DNA of 63,918 bases, counting the filler, from Lenisia limosa (taxonomy: Eukaryota > Protista > Breviatea), in the NCBI GenBank assembly GCA_001655205.1. It is 14 parts of 14 records of this genome, joined end to end, with 100 filler letters (N's around TTAATTAATTAA, not from the genome) between each part and the next. Parts side by side here need not be neighbours in the genome. Positions count along the whole stretch, not along the records: positions 16,006 to 30,156 come from LPNZ01011582.1; positions 30,257 to 34,867 come from LPNZ01007343.1; positions 34,968 to 37,423 come from LPNZ01007827.1; 11 more parts are not named here. One strand, written 5' to 3'. Position numbers and translations under genes: made by a program. Under the pieces are notes generated by a model. That model was not told the DNA's origin. It worked only from the letters and a program-made list of their open reading frames with translations, and ran no database searches. Within the stretch, counting starts at the first letter, position 1, and each line of letters begins with the position of its first letter. Shown here one piece after another: positions 22,434 to 35,283 of the stretch.

Positions 22434-23559
22434 CTTGTAATGGTCGATTGTGTATTGTTCTCAAGACCCCTTATTGCGTATTTAGTGAAAGAAAGTTTTT
22501 TGTTACTGCATATTCAATAATATCGAACAAAACCAAGTAAAAACGCCTCTTTCTTTTTTTGGTCGAATAATCGGATATAATCTGATTAAATGACGCTCAG
22601 CATATCATATGTATAGATTGCTCTTTTGCTTTTGAGCCTGTGGTGTCACAGATACAAGCTATTTCTTTTAGTGATATTATTTTCAACAAAAGAATCCAAA
22701 CCCTGGTTTTTAAAGTCCAAGTTGTTGTGGCCAAAAGTTAAAGCTCTTGGTAGAAATTCGTCGCAGCGGATAAAGCGGGTTTCTTTTCTTCTATTGACGA
22801 CTGTTCCCACGTTACCCCAAAACGTAAACTCTATTTCAAAATATGCATGATTAACAAGATAACTAGCAGGAGCTTCATTTAGAAGGACAGGAGCACTTTT
22901 TTGTTTCAAATTTGAGACTTGTCTGAACTTCTAGGGTAGTGTCACCTCAGATCCCCATCTAGTGAGAAAACAAAAATCATTGTTTTCCAGCATGGTACAG
23001 AAGTTGTAAGGATCACGTCAAAATAGCATTTTTGTTTCAAAACACTACCACTTTTCAAGCAGCTATTCATATGCACCTACTTCACACTCTCCGTTTTCTC
23101 AAGTCCACTCGTAACGCTATAATCATCAAAAATGTTATTAAAGAGAATTAGTGCTGCAATAGAAAATATGTACATATATGTATATACGTCATACAATACA
23201 TCATTCTTTATTAATCACATTCAAAGGTGGATTATCAGATGATTTCCAGAAAAATAAATCTTGGCATTTGTATGGCAAAAACGGGGAAATCTTCGGTGAA
23301 AGTTACAAAAATTATGATTGTCATATAGAAGTCTGAGCGAAGGGTTCGGATTGGTTAGTATTACAGATAGAGTGTATTCTAGCTGTCCCTACCTGGCTGC
23401 AGGCGGCGAGCCATTCCTCATTACTCGTCATGAGGGTTAGCATTGTCCTGTTACTATTTATTTTCCATAAATGTGTCCATCTCATTACATTTCAAAGATT
23501 CGTCAAATTCTTGTTTTCATCAAATATTTACAGGTGACAAAATGAAGATTGCCGAGGAA

Positions 23560-26500
23560 TTCGTATTCTAAGATGGGACAGTGAAGTGTCTGGTGTTACA
23601 ACCACCTTCGCCATGCCCAAGTTAGTAGAAGATGCTGCGCGTCTCAAAACATTATCTCTCAACGTTGAGACTACCATTTTGGTATGTAATCTTTGTTTTA
23701 TGTGCCAGTTGAAACAATTTGACGGAATAGGATTACGCAGCAAGAGAGGTATTGATGTTCAACGCATGTCCCATTGGGAGAACTTCTCTAACGGTTTGTT
23801 TTGTTGTTGTGATGCAAAATATTCTGTTGACAGTTTTGACTCCAATCGCATATTTCCCAATTAGGAATTCAGACACCACCTGAACTCACATTGAGTTATT
23901 GTCAAAGGTTTGTTTATAATGTATTACTCCATTCTTCAAACATATTAACACCGTTCGGTCAGAATGCGGTTGACCGCCTCCATTTGTGGAGGACTTGGCT
24001 ACCGCCTTGTTAATTGATTAAACAAAAGCGGTGTTGAGCGGCTTCTTCATCACGCTACAAGAGCCAAGCATCCCACCACTGTCGTACTTGACCTCCATAT
24101 CGACACCATCAAAACGAACTCTAATATAATTAAGGAATAAAAGAGGTATTTTTTCTGGGGGGGGAAAGTAAAAAGAACCAGTCTCAACCCACCAATTGAT
24201 ATCAGCGGAAGTGTCTTTCTAACAGTCCCATTTTAAAATTTTATTTGAAGCAGTACCTGCATTATATCAAAAGATGGATGAATGGGATAGCCCATAATTA
24301 TAGTATATTGGGTCATTGTCCCGGCCAAAAGGGCAAATTATTCATATCCTAAAAAAATCTCTTGGAATAATATGATATAATTTTAAATTCAATAAGGGGG
24401 GGAGGTATAGAAAAATAATGTAAAATAATGGGCGAGAGTGCTGAATGAGGAGGGGGTGTTAATAATTGTAACTGTGCTCCCGTTTAACTTGGGCTGGGAA
24501 GTGGGTGGCAGATGGGGGCAGAGAATAGAACAACGGTCCTCCAATGGCAAATGTTTGTAAAGAAGTACGAGAAAAAGCAGGAGGAGGAGGATACTGACCT
24601 GAGCATGTCACACGATGATATGTATAGTATGTATGTCCATTTAATGGTTTCTTGTTGGTCACCAGCTCTTTGATGGAGGATGAAATAAAGGTTGATACTA
24701 ACAGTGAATAGGTTAATTGTCCAACTGTCCAATGATAGTGTTAAGAAAGCGAAAGCAATAGTGAAGAAGACAATCTTAAGAGACAACTGCTTCGACCGAC
24801 CCTTCTCGGTTAAAGAAGTATGATAATGGTTTTAATAGTTTTTGAGGCACCGATGCCATTATATTTGCTCAAAAATAAACCAAATGGAGGGAAGGAGGGC
24901 ATTTACTCATAGCTTTTCTTCTTTTGTATGTTATACCATATTCACTAAATATGGCGGGAGGGGTGGGCTTGTTTGATTGTGTTAAGGGTCCCTTGATCAT
25001 CACTCTGAACACCCTGAACACAATCAAACGAGCCCACTCCTGACAATTCCTGAGGGCGTCCTAAGTAAATATGGGGAATCATGTGCCTGCAGGGATTTTG
25101 GTTTGAGTCGTTTTTCTCAGTGATTTTCATCATTTTTGGGACCGGCGGGAAACACGCCTGCTTACAAATATTTTGTTAACACTGAAAGGGAGGTGGCAGT
25201 AGGGGATCTCAAACATAAGGCTGGCTGTTTGACATCTGTACAGATCGCTAACTTTTTTCAACTAGCTATATCATATGTCCCTTTTTTGCTGAAATTCTTT
25301 TTTACCAAATTGAACATATGGTTCTAATACTTTTCGATTTTCCATATTTAATAAATTTCAACGAAAAAAAGCTATTCCAGGAAAAAATGACGAAAGTGAA
25401 AAGCCTACAGCACATGATAATATTCAAAACCATTACGTGGAGGGAAAAAAGTCTTGTCTAATGCTTCAGACCCTTTTATCGCAAGATGATGCGAGGTATT
25501 GCCAAGATGGATTGGTTTCTACTCAAGGTTTGTTCCACTTTTAATCAGAATTTCGCGTCCAAGAGTAACTATCCCAGAACAAATAAACAATAGGGGGGGG
25601 CAACACATTTGTGGATTTATTATACCCAATACTATGGCTTCCATTGGTCTATATATAAATTTGTATCAAGGTGGAAAGTAGTCGTGTCAAAAGAGGTTAT
25701 TACAGCCATCCGCTTCGTTGACCCCTATACAATCACATTGATGCTCACCAAAAGTGTTCGTCATCTTGGCCTCTCCAAAATGTTCCCCCAGGCCCTCTTC
25801 TCCATCCCCGAATGGAAGAGCGATGCTGTGCAAGTGGCTGAACGTATATCATTTTTGGAGGAATATTACGCTGCAAGTCATGCAACAATGAAAAATTGGC
25901 TTACATCGGAGGCTTTCGAAGATTAGTTGATAGTTTTTTATACATATTACATCACGTGCTCCTTAACATTCCAACTCCGGTTGGTAAATGATTTTTAGTG
26001 AATCTCTTGCCACCCTTGCTGATCTTCAAAGGCATACTTGCTCTCAGCTGGACTTGTTCCTGGTATCGCCAGCATCTGTTGCCACGCTTGCCTCCATCCA
26101 CACGCCTACATAACGAACCTCTTGTCCTTCAAGAAAAGAGATGATTGATGCCGCCAGTGCTGACTGCCTTCCCCAGCTCCCACCCATGGAGTTGGTATTG
26201 ATCTCTCTGACCCTTCTTGACCTCCCGATCTTATAAAGAAATACACAAAGACCTTCTCCCCGCACTCACAAGCTTCTGTTGGAAGCACACATCCGCCTAC
26301 ACCCACCTCACCAAGCACGACCCATACCTCCCCTACCTTCGAGCAATTTTACGACGCCATTAGCCTGTTCGTCTGCAAGGTGTTCTTAACAAGATTATCC
26401 GTATAGAACGATCTCTGCGCCGTGGTCACTCCTCAGGTACTGTCGTAGCCACCCTTACGACCAATGAGATGGTGGTGCTGCAGGAGATTGTTTACCGCAG

Positions 26501-26920
26501 CTGGGGTCAAATCTATCAAGGTCTACTACGAGTATCCCTTTTGTGATGGACACTTGATACGTAGAGTGTTTCTCGGATCTTTATATAATCAAATCGGGAT
26601 ATTTCTCGAACTATTGATACGTAGAGTGTTTCTCACCGCCAACTGACCTTTTCAAACTTGATCCGCCCTGCACTACACTTCCAAAACAGTCCACTCTACA
26701 ACCTCCTCTGACCTCAATCTCGCCATTTCTTCAACTCTCATGATCCTCCACTGGTTGTTCACAATCTCAGGTGACTTCTACCACTGTGCTTTGGTCATTT
26801 TTAACTCAAGACTCACTGGAAAAGCACTTCGCGAATATCTGGACGCAACACCCTAGTCACGTATGCCGCTTCGTTAGATGCCAAATCTCGTGCCATCATG
26901 GTAACTGCAGCCCGCCACTC
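23560..26920 (+). pseudogene. Possible CxC-domain/KDZ (Kyakuja-Dileera-Zisupton) transposase relic
   Basis: Broken frames: CCCDAKYSVDSFDSNRIFP..HIELL; GIASICCH; FCWKHTS..YLPYLRAI..VLNKIIRIERSL, loosely like the KDZ CxH and FHWxxH motifs; by-eye only. Confidence 0.3.
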
Positions 26921-27499
26921 TCCACATCTGTCTATTATTAATGCAAGTCGCAGAGCACTTTTTGGTTTTTTGGAAGGGAGAGTCGCTTGTGTGAACCGTT
27001 TTCCTTTTTTAGTTATTTAACATATCACCACACTAGGAGTCTTCATCATGAACCGCTCTCCCTCCTCTCCCTATTTTTTTTTTTGTTTATCTGTTTGCTG
27101 TTCCTTTTTATTGATTTATGTTTGGGTCTATAATGTATCGTATTTCAAATTTCTGACTTTCATAAAAGTATATAGTCATATCACAACTGCCTAAAGGAAA
27201 AAAATATAACTATTTCAACTGAGTGTAGTCTCTGTCTCTTGCCGCTCGGCGTCTACTTTGACGGAGTCCAGGAGAAGGTAAGTCAGGGGGGTTTGGATTG
27301 TGAGTTTTTGATGTAAGCTGGATTTGTTAAAGATACAAAAAAACCAATATTGCTATTCCCTCTTTGGAGAAATCTGGACTTGACACTACATTGCGATCAT
27401 TTTCAATCTGCATTATTAAGAGGAAAGATAAACAGGAATACAACCAAATAACTTACAGGAGATTTTGATACTCTGAGTGTAGACAAGGCAATACCGTCA

Positions 27500-29350
27500 C
27501 TTGGGCTGTTCTAAAAACATAAACCTTAATGTGGCGATAAAACACTCAACCAAAACACATACTGTTTGAGGGAGTGAGATTGACGGAGTTGCTGGTTGAG
27601 ATGGGATTGACGGAGTTGCTTGCACAGATGGGGAAGCTGGTTGCACAGATGTGTCGGGTGTGTTTTCTGTTTTTGCGATCTTATAATAAATCAAACATCC
27701 AAAGAAACTCTAACCTTTCCAAGGTGGGTTTTCCATGCCTTTTTGTACGTCATTAGCATGATTTTCAGCTTTGGCTTTCGTGCTTCAGGGGGAATCAACC
27801 TATCGGGAAGAGTGGGGTTATATGCTACTTCACGACATCTGACTGTCTCATAAGCCTTAATGATACCAGGGATATCATTAATTTCATGTGACTTTTGCTC
27901 TTGTAGAAAACGAACAGCCTTATCGAGTTCCGCGTCGGAGACAGTGGCCGATTCAGGCTTTTTTGCCCGGCACATCTGGCATCTGACGGTAGAGTTGCCA
28001 ACAAGAAGGCCACTGATGCTTGTACCGTCAGTGTCCCAAGAGACAGAAAAAGTTTGAGTGATGTTGTGAATATTTAGACAATACATTCCACAACTGCTGT
28101 ACCAGAACTTGGGACATTTTCGGGGTCTGAGTCACCAAAATTTCAAAAAGAAAAAGTTACACTAAAACTAAAACAAAAAACAACAACCACTTTACAAATA
28201 TATGTATATCATATGTATTTTATGTATAAGTCAACCGCAGCTTCCTCGCGAAGTCGGTAGAAGACACCCCAGCAAGGCTTTACCAATGCGAAAAACAGCT
28301 TTATCTTTTTTCAGCCTAATTAAGCTATTTTTGGAATACTGTTGTTCCTGATAAATTAAAATTAGCAGTGAGAAAAAATAGAGTTATAAAATAATACTAA
28401 AGTTGCTTACCAGTATCAAATCATCATAGATGTTATCCTCATCCCCCTTGGCTCTAAAGCCCTTGTTCAAGCGTAGGTGTTCGTCTTCACAATTTCTTTG
28501 AAAATGCGGCCATTTCCATCCCAATAATATGATTTATCTAAAAATGTAATCCTTTGTGAGGTTCTTGCAATATGATTATTTATATGATAGAAATTGGCGT
28601 ACCACATTAGCTTCACTTGGAGTTGGTTTTTTGTTAAGCTTAGAAAAAGAGTTCAATTTTACTGCTCCATAATGAGATTGCTGCAAAGCATTGGTCTCTA
28701 TCGTGGGGGAGAAGGAGGTTGATAGAAGCGTTTCAAATACAAATGAAGACTTCTCTTTATCAATTGTAGACCAAAGCTTGTTGCTTCGGCAAATAAGAGC
28801 TGGGAGTCCAAATCTGCCATGCTGACAGTCACCGTACTGGCAGATGATAACCTCAGACTTGTTGACAGATCAATCAGCTCAAACTGCCAAAAAATATGCT
28901 TTGCACAAGCAAATAAAAGAGATCTAAGTCCTATTATCTGCTTATCTTTGGTATCAACAAGAGGTATGAAAGCCTTGAGTGAAGAGTGTACATCAATGGC
29001 ACACTCAAAACTTGAGAGATAGATCTAGGAAGCCTATATACTACCGGCCAAAAACCACGCCATTAAATCATTTTCCCGTCTATTATCTTTTTGGTGATTG
29101 TTTACACTGTTACTCCAGATGATTGCTCAGTTTCTGTTTTTGCTTGTTAATAGTGAATAGAAATAGTAAGACCCTATTGTAANNNNNNNNNNAGAACAAA
29201 ATATATCAAAAAAAAAAATATCAAATAAAAGCACAAAACAACCACTATCAATTGTTGGGTGGCTTCTTTGGAGCTGGAGTTGCTTTCTTCTTTTTTTTAG
29301 TCTTGAGGTTGTCTGCCAACTTGTTCAAACCTCTATGCTGAATAAGAAAA
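27500..29350 (-). pseudogene. Unidentified, frameshifted spliced gene
   Basis: Long stop-free segments with GT donors (RCQMCRAKKP; VIICQYGDCQHGRFGLPALIC; P/S/T-rich exon) and at least one frameshift. Confidence 0.3.
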
Positions 29351-30520
29351 CAGACATAGCACCCACTTTAATCATTGATTTGATTACATCCCGTCCCTTC
29401 TAGAAAGCATTCTTGTCAACTGGTGGTCTTCCTGCTCTGTTTCCTGTCAACTTACTTTTTGAAGAAAGATCCAATTGAACACATCTGATATTTGCGAGTG
29501 TTTTTACTGTATCCCTGCGTAGACCTTGAAATTTTTACAGCGTATCCGCTGTGGGTCGGAAAAATCAAAAAAGAAGATAGACCATAAGGCGAATTTGGTA
29601 TATGTGTAGTCAAAGCTCCGGACATCATTCAAAATTCCCGGGCACATCAAAACTCCCGGACAGCTTGAGTTTTCCATACAAAATCACAATAAACCACCCA
29701 GAAACCCTATTTCCCTTCTCGTCTTTGAAAGTAATCTCAATCTTAATCAAATAATGAAACCCCAATTTAACATATTATCGGGTNNNNNNNNNNNNNNNNN
29801 NNNNNNNNNNNNNNNNNNNNNNNNNNNNNNNNNNNNNNNNNNNNNNNNNNNNNNNNNNNNNNNNNNNNNNNNNNNNNNNNNNNNNNNNNNNNNNNNNNNN
29901 NNNNNNNNNNNNNNNNNNNNNNNNNNNNNNNNNNNNNNNNNNNNNNNNNNNNNNNNNNNNNNNNNNNNNNNNNNNNNNNNNNNNNNNNNNNNNNNNNNNN
30001 NNNNNNNNNNNNNNNNNNNNNNNNNNNNNNNTAGACCCCCGGGAGACCAAATTCACGGATTTTTGACATTTGCTCAAAATTTTTTAAAAATGTTAAGGAA
30101 CATTAGGAGGTCCATTTCTCTATGTATCTGTCGAAGCATTTTTTCAAAAAACACTANNNNNNNNNNNNNNNNNNNNNNNNNNNNNNNNNNNNNNNNNNNN
30201 TTAATTAATTAANNNNNNNNNNNNNNNNNNNNNNNNNNNNNNNNNNNNNNNNNNNNAGAGAGACAGATACACACATAGACAGAGAGAGAGACAGATACAC
30301 ACATAGACAGAGAGAGTGTGTGTGTGTGAGTGAGTGAGAAAGAGAGAGGCAGAGAGAGAGGGTATTCTCAAAGAACCTGAAGCCAATCCAAGAGTGAGTT
30401 AGGAGGGGGGGGGGTGCATTATTTCATTTTAATAAGCGGCTGTAATAATAATAATAAATTCATCATTCTGTCAGCCTTGTTTTAAACCATTTCAAACATA
30501 AGACGAAGATCCATTCCCAC

Positions 30521-31739
30521 TCTCTCCTTGCGTGCACGTGATTCTCTGAGCGCCCTCAACGCTGCACCGCGACCCCCCTTCTTCAGTCTCTTCTTGGCTT
30601 GGAAGGCGTCTTGGGCTCGCTAAACTGTCACCGGATGCAAAGTAATGGGCAGGGGTGGGGTGATGGGAATAGTACTTAAGTGTTAGAAAAATCCAATCCA
30701 GTATTCAGATATGAATATACGCTTTATCCCTCTTGACATTATTCTTCCGTCACCCTACCGCTTCCTTCTCCCTTTCTAAATATATCTCCCCNNNNNNNNN
30801 NNNNNNNNNNNNNNNNNNNNNNNNNNNNNNNNNNNNNNNNNNNNNNNNNNNNNNNNNNNNNNNNNNNNNNNNNNNNNNNNNNNNNNNNNNNNNNNNNNNN
30901 NNNNNNNNNNNNNNNNNNNNNNNNNNNNNNNNNNNNNNNNNNNNNNNNNNNNNNNNNNNNNNNNNNNNNNNNNNNNNNNNNNNNNNNNNNNNNNNNNNNN
31001 NNNGCAACCGTTTCAGGTGATATTTACAAGATAGATCAATGGAAAGTTTTAGCTACAACTAAGACATGTGCATTAAAAATATTTGGCTATTTTGACGGCT
31101 GTTAGGCTACAATAAAAGAAGAAGGCAATGGTAATCAATTTAACCAGTAATATTATGAAAAAGAGTGTTGCGAAAAGCTCAGTCTCATGTCAAGATAGCA
31201 CTGAATGAAGACAAATCCAATCCTCTCCATAAAGACATAACAAAATGCTCTCATTAGGATAAAATTGATCCAATAGTGCCTCAAATGACTGTAATTTAGT
31301 GATGTCACGCTACAACAAAAAGAAACCGTTAGCAAAGTATAAAATTCCACCAATGACCCACTTTTGTCTGTCTTCGTCTCCCTTCATCAGGTCACTGTCG
31401 TAGCCATCATTGTACTCTTCATCACTATCTGTTTCACTAAAATGTTAGCGTGCTTTTTAAAGTAAATCTGCTAACGCTTCGATCTTGCTTTGAGCAGTGG
31501 CTGGCTTCTACAGAGTGAGGTAACGGAAAACAAACCTGCCTGCCCAATTTGCTCTAACTCACCTTTGTTGCGGGTTTCGACTACACGAGTGAGAAGAAGA
31601 GAGGAAATGGGAAGGAAAGGGAAAACTGAATACCCAACAAACCCCTAGTGCAAGAAGCTGGGCATCAAGATCGTCATCCTAGAAGCATTTAATACGCTTG
31701 ATCAGCCAGTCCTACATCTGAAGATGAAGAGAATGACAT
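30521..31739 (-). CDS. RTF1: RTF1-like Paf1-complex subunit, 5' part
   Basis: MSFSSSSD|DDDLDAQLLALG (cf. yeast MSDLDEDLLALAG) and EEYNDGYDSDLMKGDEDRQK (cf. DGYGEDLMGDEEDR); Plus3 domain not seen. Confidence 0.65.
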
Positions 31740-32103
31740 CTTCACAGTTCTTCACGAGAAAAGGTGCTACCCTTCTTCTTCTTGTTTTTTATGTGTTAAA
31801 TAAAAGAAAGAATATCTAATATCAAAACTAAAAACGCCAGACGCATCAATGCATCAATTATTTATCAATTCATTCAATTTTTTTATTTATAGCCCAAAAT
31901 AGTGGGGTTGCGCACTCAAGGCTATGCTTTTAAGGCCCAATTATATTTTTTTCTATCCCTCTTTTTGCCTATTTAGACTTCACACTATTACTAAAGTTAA
32001 CATTTTAGGGTAGTTTCGCTTCTAACTTTTTTTCTTCCAGTTATTTCTATCCGTTCTCTTCCATAGGTGGTAAAACTAGCGCATCTTGTTTTCGCACTTC
32101 ACC

Positions 32104-34045
32104 ATGGGAAGCATGAAAAGCCCCCATTGGGACGCAGATTTGATGTGAGAATTTCTTGTTCTTGTTTTTGCTCATCACTTTCAGGCTGCACGCGTATATA
32201 TATGATTACTTCGTAAAGAACAACTGGAAAAATGTCGCGGAAGCCTTTAAGAATGAAGTGGACGTGCCAACAGAGCCGGTTCCAGTTGATGCACCAACTG
32301 GATTCCTTCGTGAATGGTGGCATGTCTTCTGGGATATTTTCTCTGCCCGAACATCTTGTTCTGTTAAACCGACAGCGTCAGCGAAGAGATATGTTGAGGT
32401 ATGTTTGGCAATGTATTCGCCCTCAAGATCATATCGCCAAGTCGTTAGGGCTTTTATCTTGTCTTCTTTTTCAAATTATTTGTAGTTCCAATTTACTGTG
32501 TTAACCCCTTTTTAATTGTCTGATATTTCAGAGCTGTAACTTTTCAAATCCATTATTACTTGTAATATGATTTTAATACGTTTTTTTTGACGGGCCCTTT
32601 TCTTTGTTCCAGTTCGAGGGGTTTTGTTTCAGAATAGAATTATGATTTTCAAGGAAAGATAACACAGTATGTATTGACATCCTCCTGTTCTTTAAAGTTA
32701 ACTACATTAGCACACCCGAGAAGCAAGAAGGAACCAGTTTGCCCACCACCAGCAAATGCAGAAGAGATCCGCACAACAGCAGCAGTTTATGCAATCTCAA
32801 GGAGGCAAAAGTGGGATAGTGTAATTTTATTTTCTGAGAGGGGGGGGGGGTGAAAGACCGTGTAGTATATAAATATCAACCAATAAAATAATAGATGGTT
32901 TGAAGAACTTTCGCAACACAATATGGTTTGACCCTTTCCAGCTGGTGCTCCCGGGCAACAACCTCCGCAGACCTACAACCACGCGCAGGTTGGCATGTTC
33001 TATCTCTGTCACACTCCCTATGGCTTAAATAAAACTGAATTTACCATGGATTCTCAAAAAAACTATCAATTCACTTATTATTTTTTTTTCCATTGGGATT
33101 TCGATCAAAGCAGATTTCATCCATTTTCACAATATTGTACGTTCTTATGTTCAATTTGGCATTGTACTGACCTTTGGAGGCTGCTGTTGCTCAGGAGTTT
33201 ATGAAGAAACAACCCATTCCCCATGTACTAGATTCTGAACAGGTTAGGGCTGGATTACACTTTTCTTTGAGTACATTATATTAATCATATTATATATGGC
33301 AAATTGCTTTTGACCTGGGTGGATACTTTTCTGTAAGATATGATATGATGTATGTGATGTAGTTTTCAAGGTTGTATCAAGTGTATCACATATGATATGT
33401 TTCTGACAAAACTCCACTATAACATCGATTCAGGACCCACGACTTCATACATTACGACAGAACCAGGCCGCAGCCGCAGCAGCTCAACAGCAGCAGAGAC
33501 TCATCCTCAATGCTGTGGCTGAGGTAGGCTTGGGAGAGCTTCCATTCGCTCCGAAAAAGGACTGCTACAATATTAATGTTTTTGAAGATTTATCGAGATA
33601 GTCTGTCATTTTTTGGACTGTAGAGGAAGACTCTGATTCTGTGAACCGAATTTTGGATGACTTCAATCGTTTTAGCTGATCCTGTTATGTCATTATCTTA
33701 GAACCCATCCGAACCTCCCGTGACTAAAAGGAAACCTTCTGAGTCCCCATCGTGAGGGGAGGTTGCCCTTTTCGTCTTTTTTTTGGAGAAAGGGAGTGTT
33801 TTATTCCTCTTGACTCGATGACTCGTAATTTGACTGCATCTAATCTTCATATGTTAATGTTTGGCAGGGATCTGAAGTCAAAAAGGGCGCGCAGGCCGTC
33901 AGCGAAAAAACGCTCGCAGTCCCAGGATCCTGAACTCTCTGATAACTATGAATCGTTTGTGGATGCTAAGTTTTTCGAACTTCTGCGAAAAAATTTTATA
34001 TATAAAAAAAAAAGCCTAATTTCAACAGATTGCAGCATAAAATAG
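32104..34045 (+). CDS. LisH/LUFS-domain transcriptional co-regulator (LEUNIG/Flo8/SSBP-like N-terminus) with Q-rich region
   Basis: WDADLM|LHAYIYDYFVKNNWKNVAEAFKNE...DAPTGFLREWWHVFWDIFSAR, then Q-rich spliced exons and a basic C-terminal exon. Confidence 0.85.
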
Positions 34046-34595
34046 TTTCAATTATATTTCTAAATAAAAACGTCTCGAAATTATGTGAATTATTGTGTAA
34101 AAGATTAGTTTTTTTTCGTAATGTTCTGAAAATGAAATATTCCCCAGAAGATTCCAGAACATTTGGCTTCCGAGTTGAATTTTGAAAACAGTTTCGTATT
34201 TTTGCTTGGAATTTGGAGGAAGAACGGATCAATTGTATAATTGAATTGTTAATTGCGAATTAATGCAAACGTACAAAGCTCTAAAAAGACTCCTCCACAC
34301 TGTCAGGCAATCACTTCGCTCTAGAGTGGACACCACCCCTGCCGAAACAGATTCAGTCGCTTCCCCTCTCGCAGTCCTTCCTCCCGCACCCTCCCAGCCC
34401 TCCTTTGCCAGCGAAACTACTGACTGTGGGTCTTTGTATCTTTTATGTTCAAGGCATTTCTTGCTTTCGTGTTTGAACACCTAATTAACAGTACAATTAG
34501 GATTATATTTTACAGTGAACTAATGATAGTATATTTGTTAGTTGAATAGTTAGCCAAGTTGGTTACCCCGAAATTTTCTTCGTTTTACCTCCCAG

Positions 34596-34734
34596 CAATA
34601 CAAGAAACAGCCTCACTGAGTGGGCATCGCGCCGCCGTGACGTGCATTGCGCTCAACAACAGCGCGTCGATGGTCGTTTCCGGGGACTCTGAAGGATCCC
34701 TCTTGATTCACGATGTCCATCAGATCAAAACAAG
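34596..34734 (+). CDS. WD40-repeat exon (partial gene)
   Basis: LSGHRAAVTCIALNNSASMVVSGDSEGSLLIHD between AG and GT. Confidence 0.75.
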
Positions 34735-35140
34735 GTTTGTGGGGGAGGGGGGGCTTTATATTGTTGTCATAACTGTTTTTTGTCGTACATTCATCAAGAG
34801 AGTAGAACGATAAATACATCACGATTAATATGTATTTCAGTTTTTCCAATCATATTCATTAATTTCTNNNNNNNNNNNNNNNNNNNNNNNNNNNNNNNNN
34901 NNNNNNNNNNNTTAATTAATTAANNNNNNNNNNNNNNNNNNNNNNNNNNNNNNNNNNNNNNNNNNNNGATGTGGGTCATATACAGGCCTTGGGGGATGTG
35001 GGTCATATACAGGCCTTGGGGGATGTGTGGTTGACGTAGTGGGTTCCACTTTTCAATGCTGTTCCCTCTTTTTCAGAAAACAGTCATCTCTCTCTTCCTT
35101 ACACACCCCACCCTCTATCCGAATCATCATCCCACACAGC

Positions 35141-35227
35141 AAATGATTGGGTGAATTAGTATAATACTATACAATCCAATATCATTTAATAGCGTGATGG
35201 TGTGAACGGCTTTGGCCAGATAAAACC
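35141..35227 (+). repeat. Family B element
   Basis: aaatgattgggtgaat...gcgtgatggtgtgaacggctttggccagataaaacc-tttt. Confidence 0.8.
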
Positions 35228-35283
35228 TTTTTGTATTTCTTATTTCTTAATATAATATTCCTCCTTCACGTATACCCCCGCAG

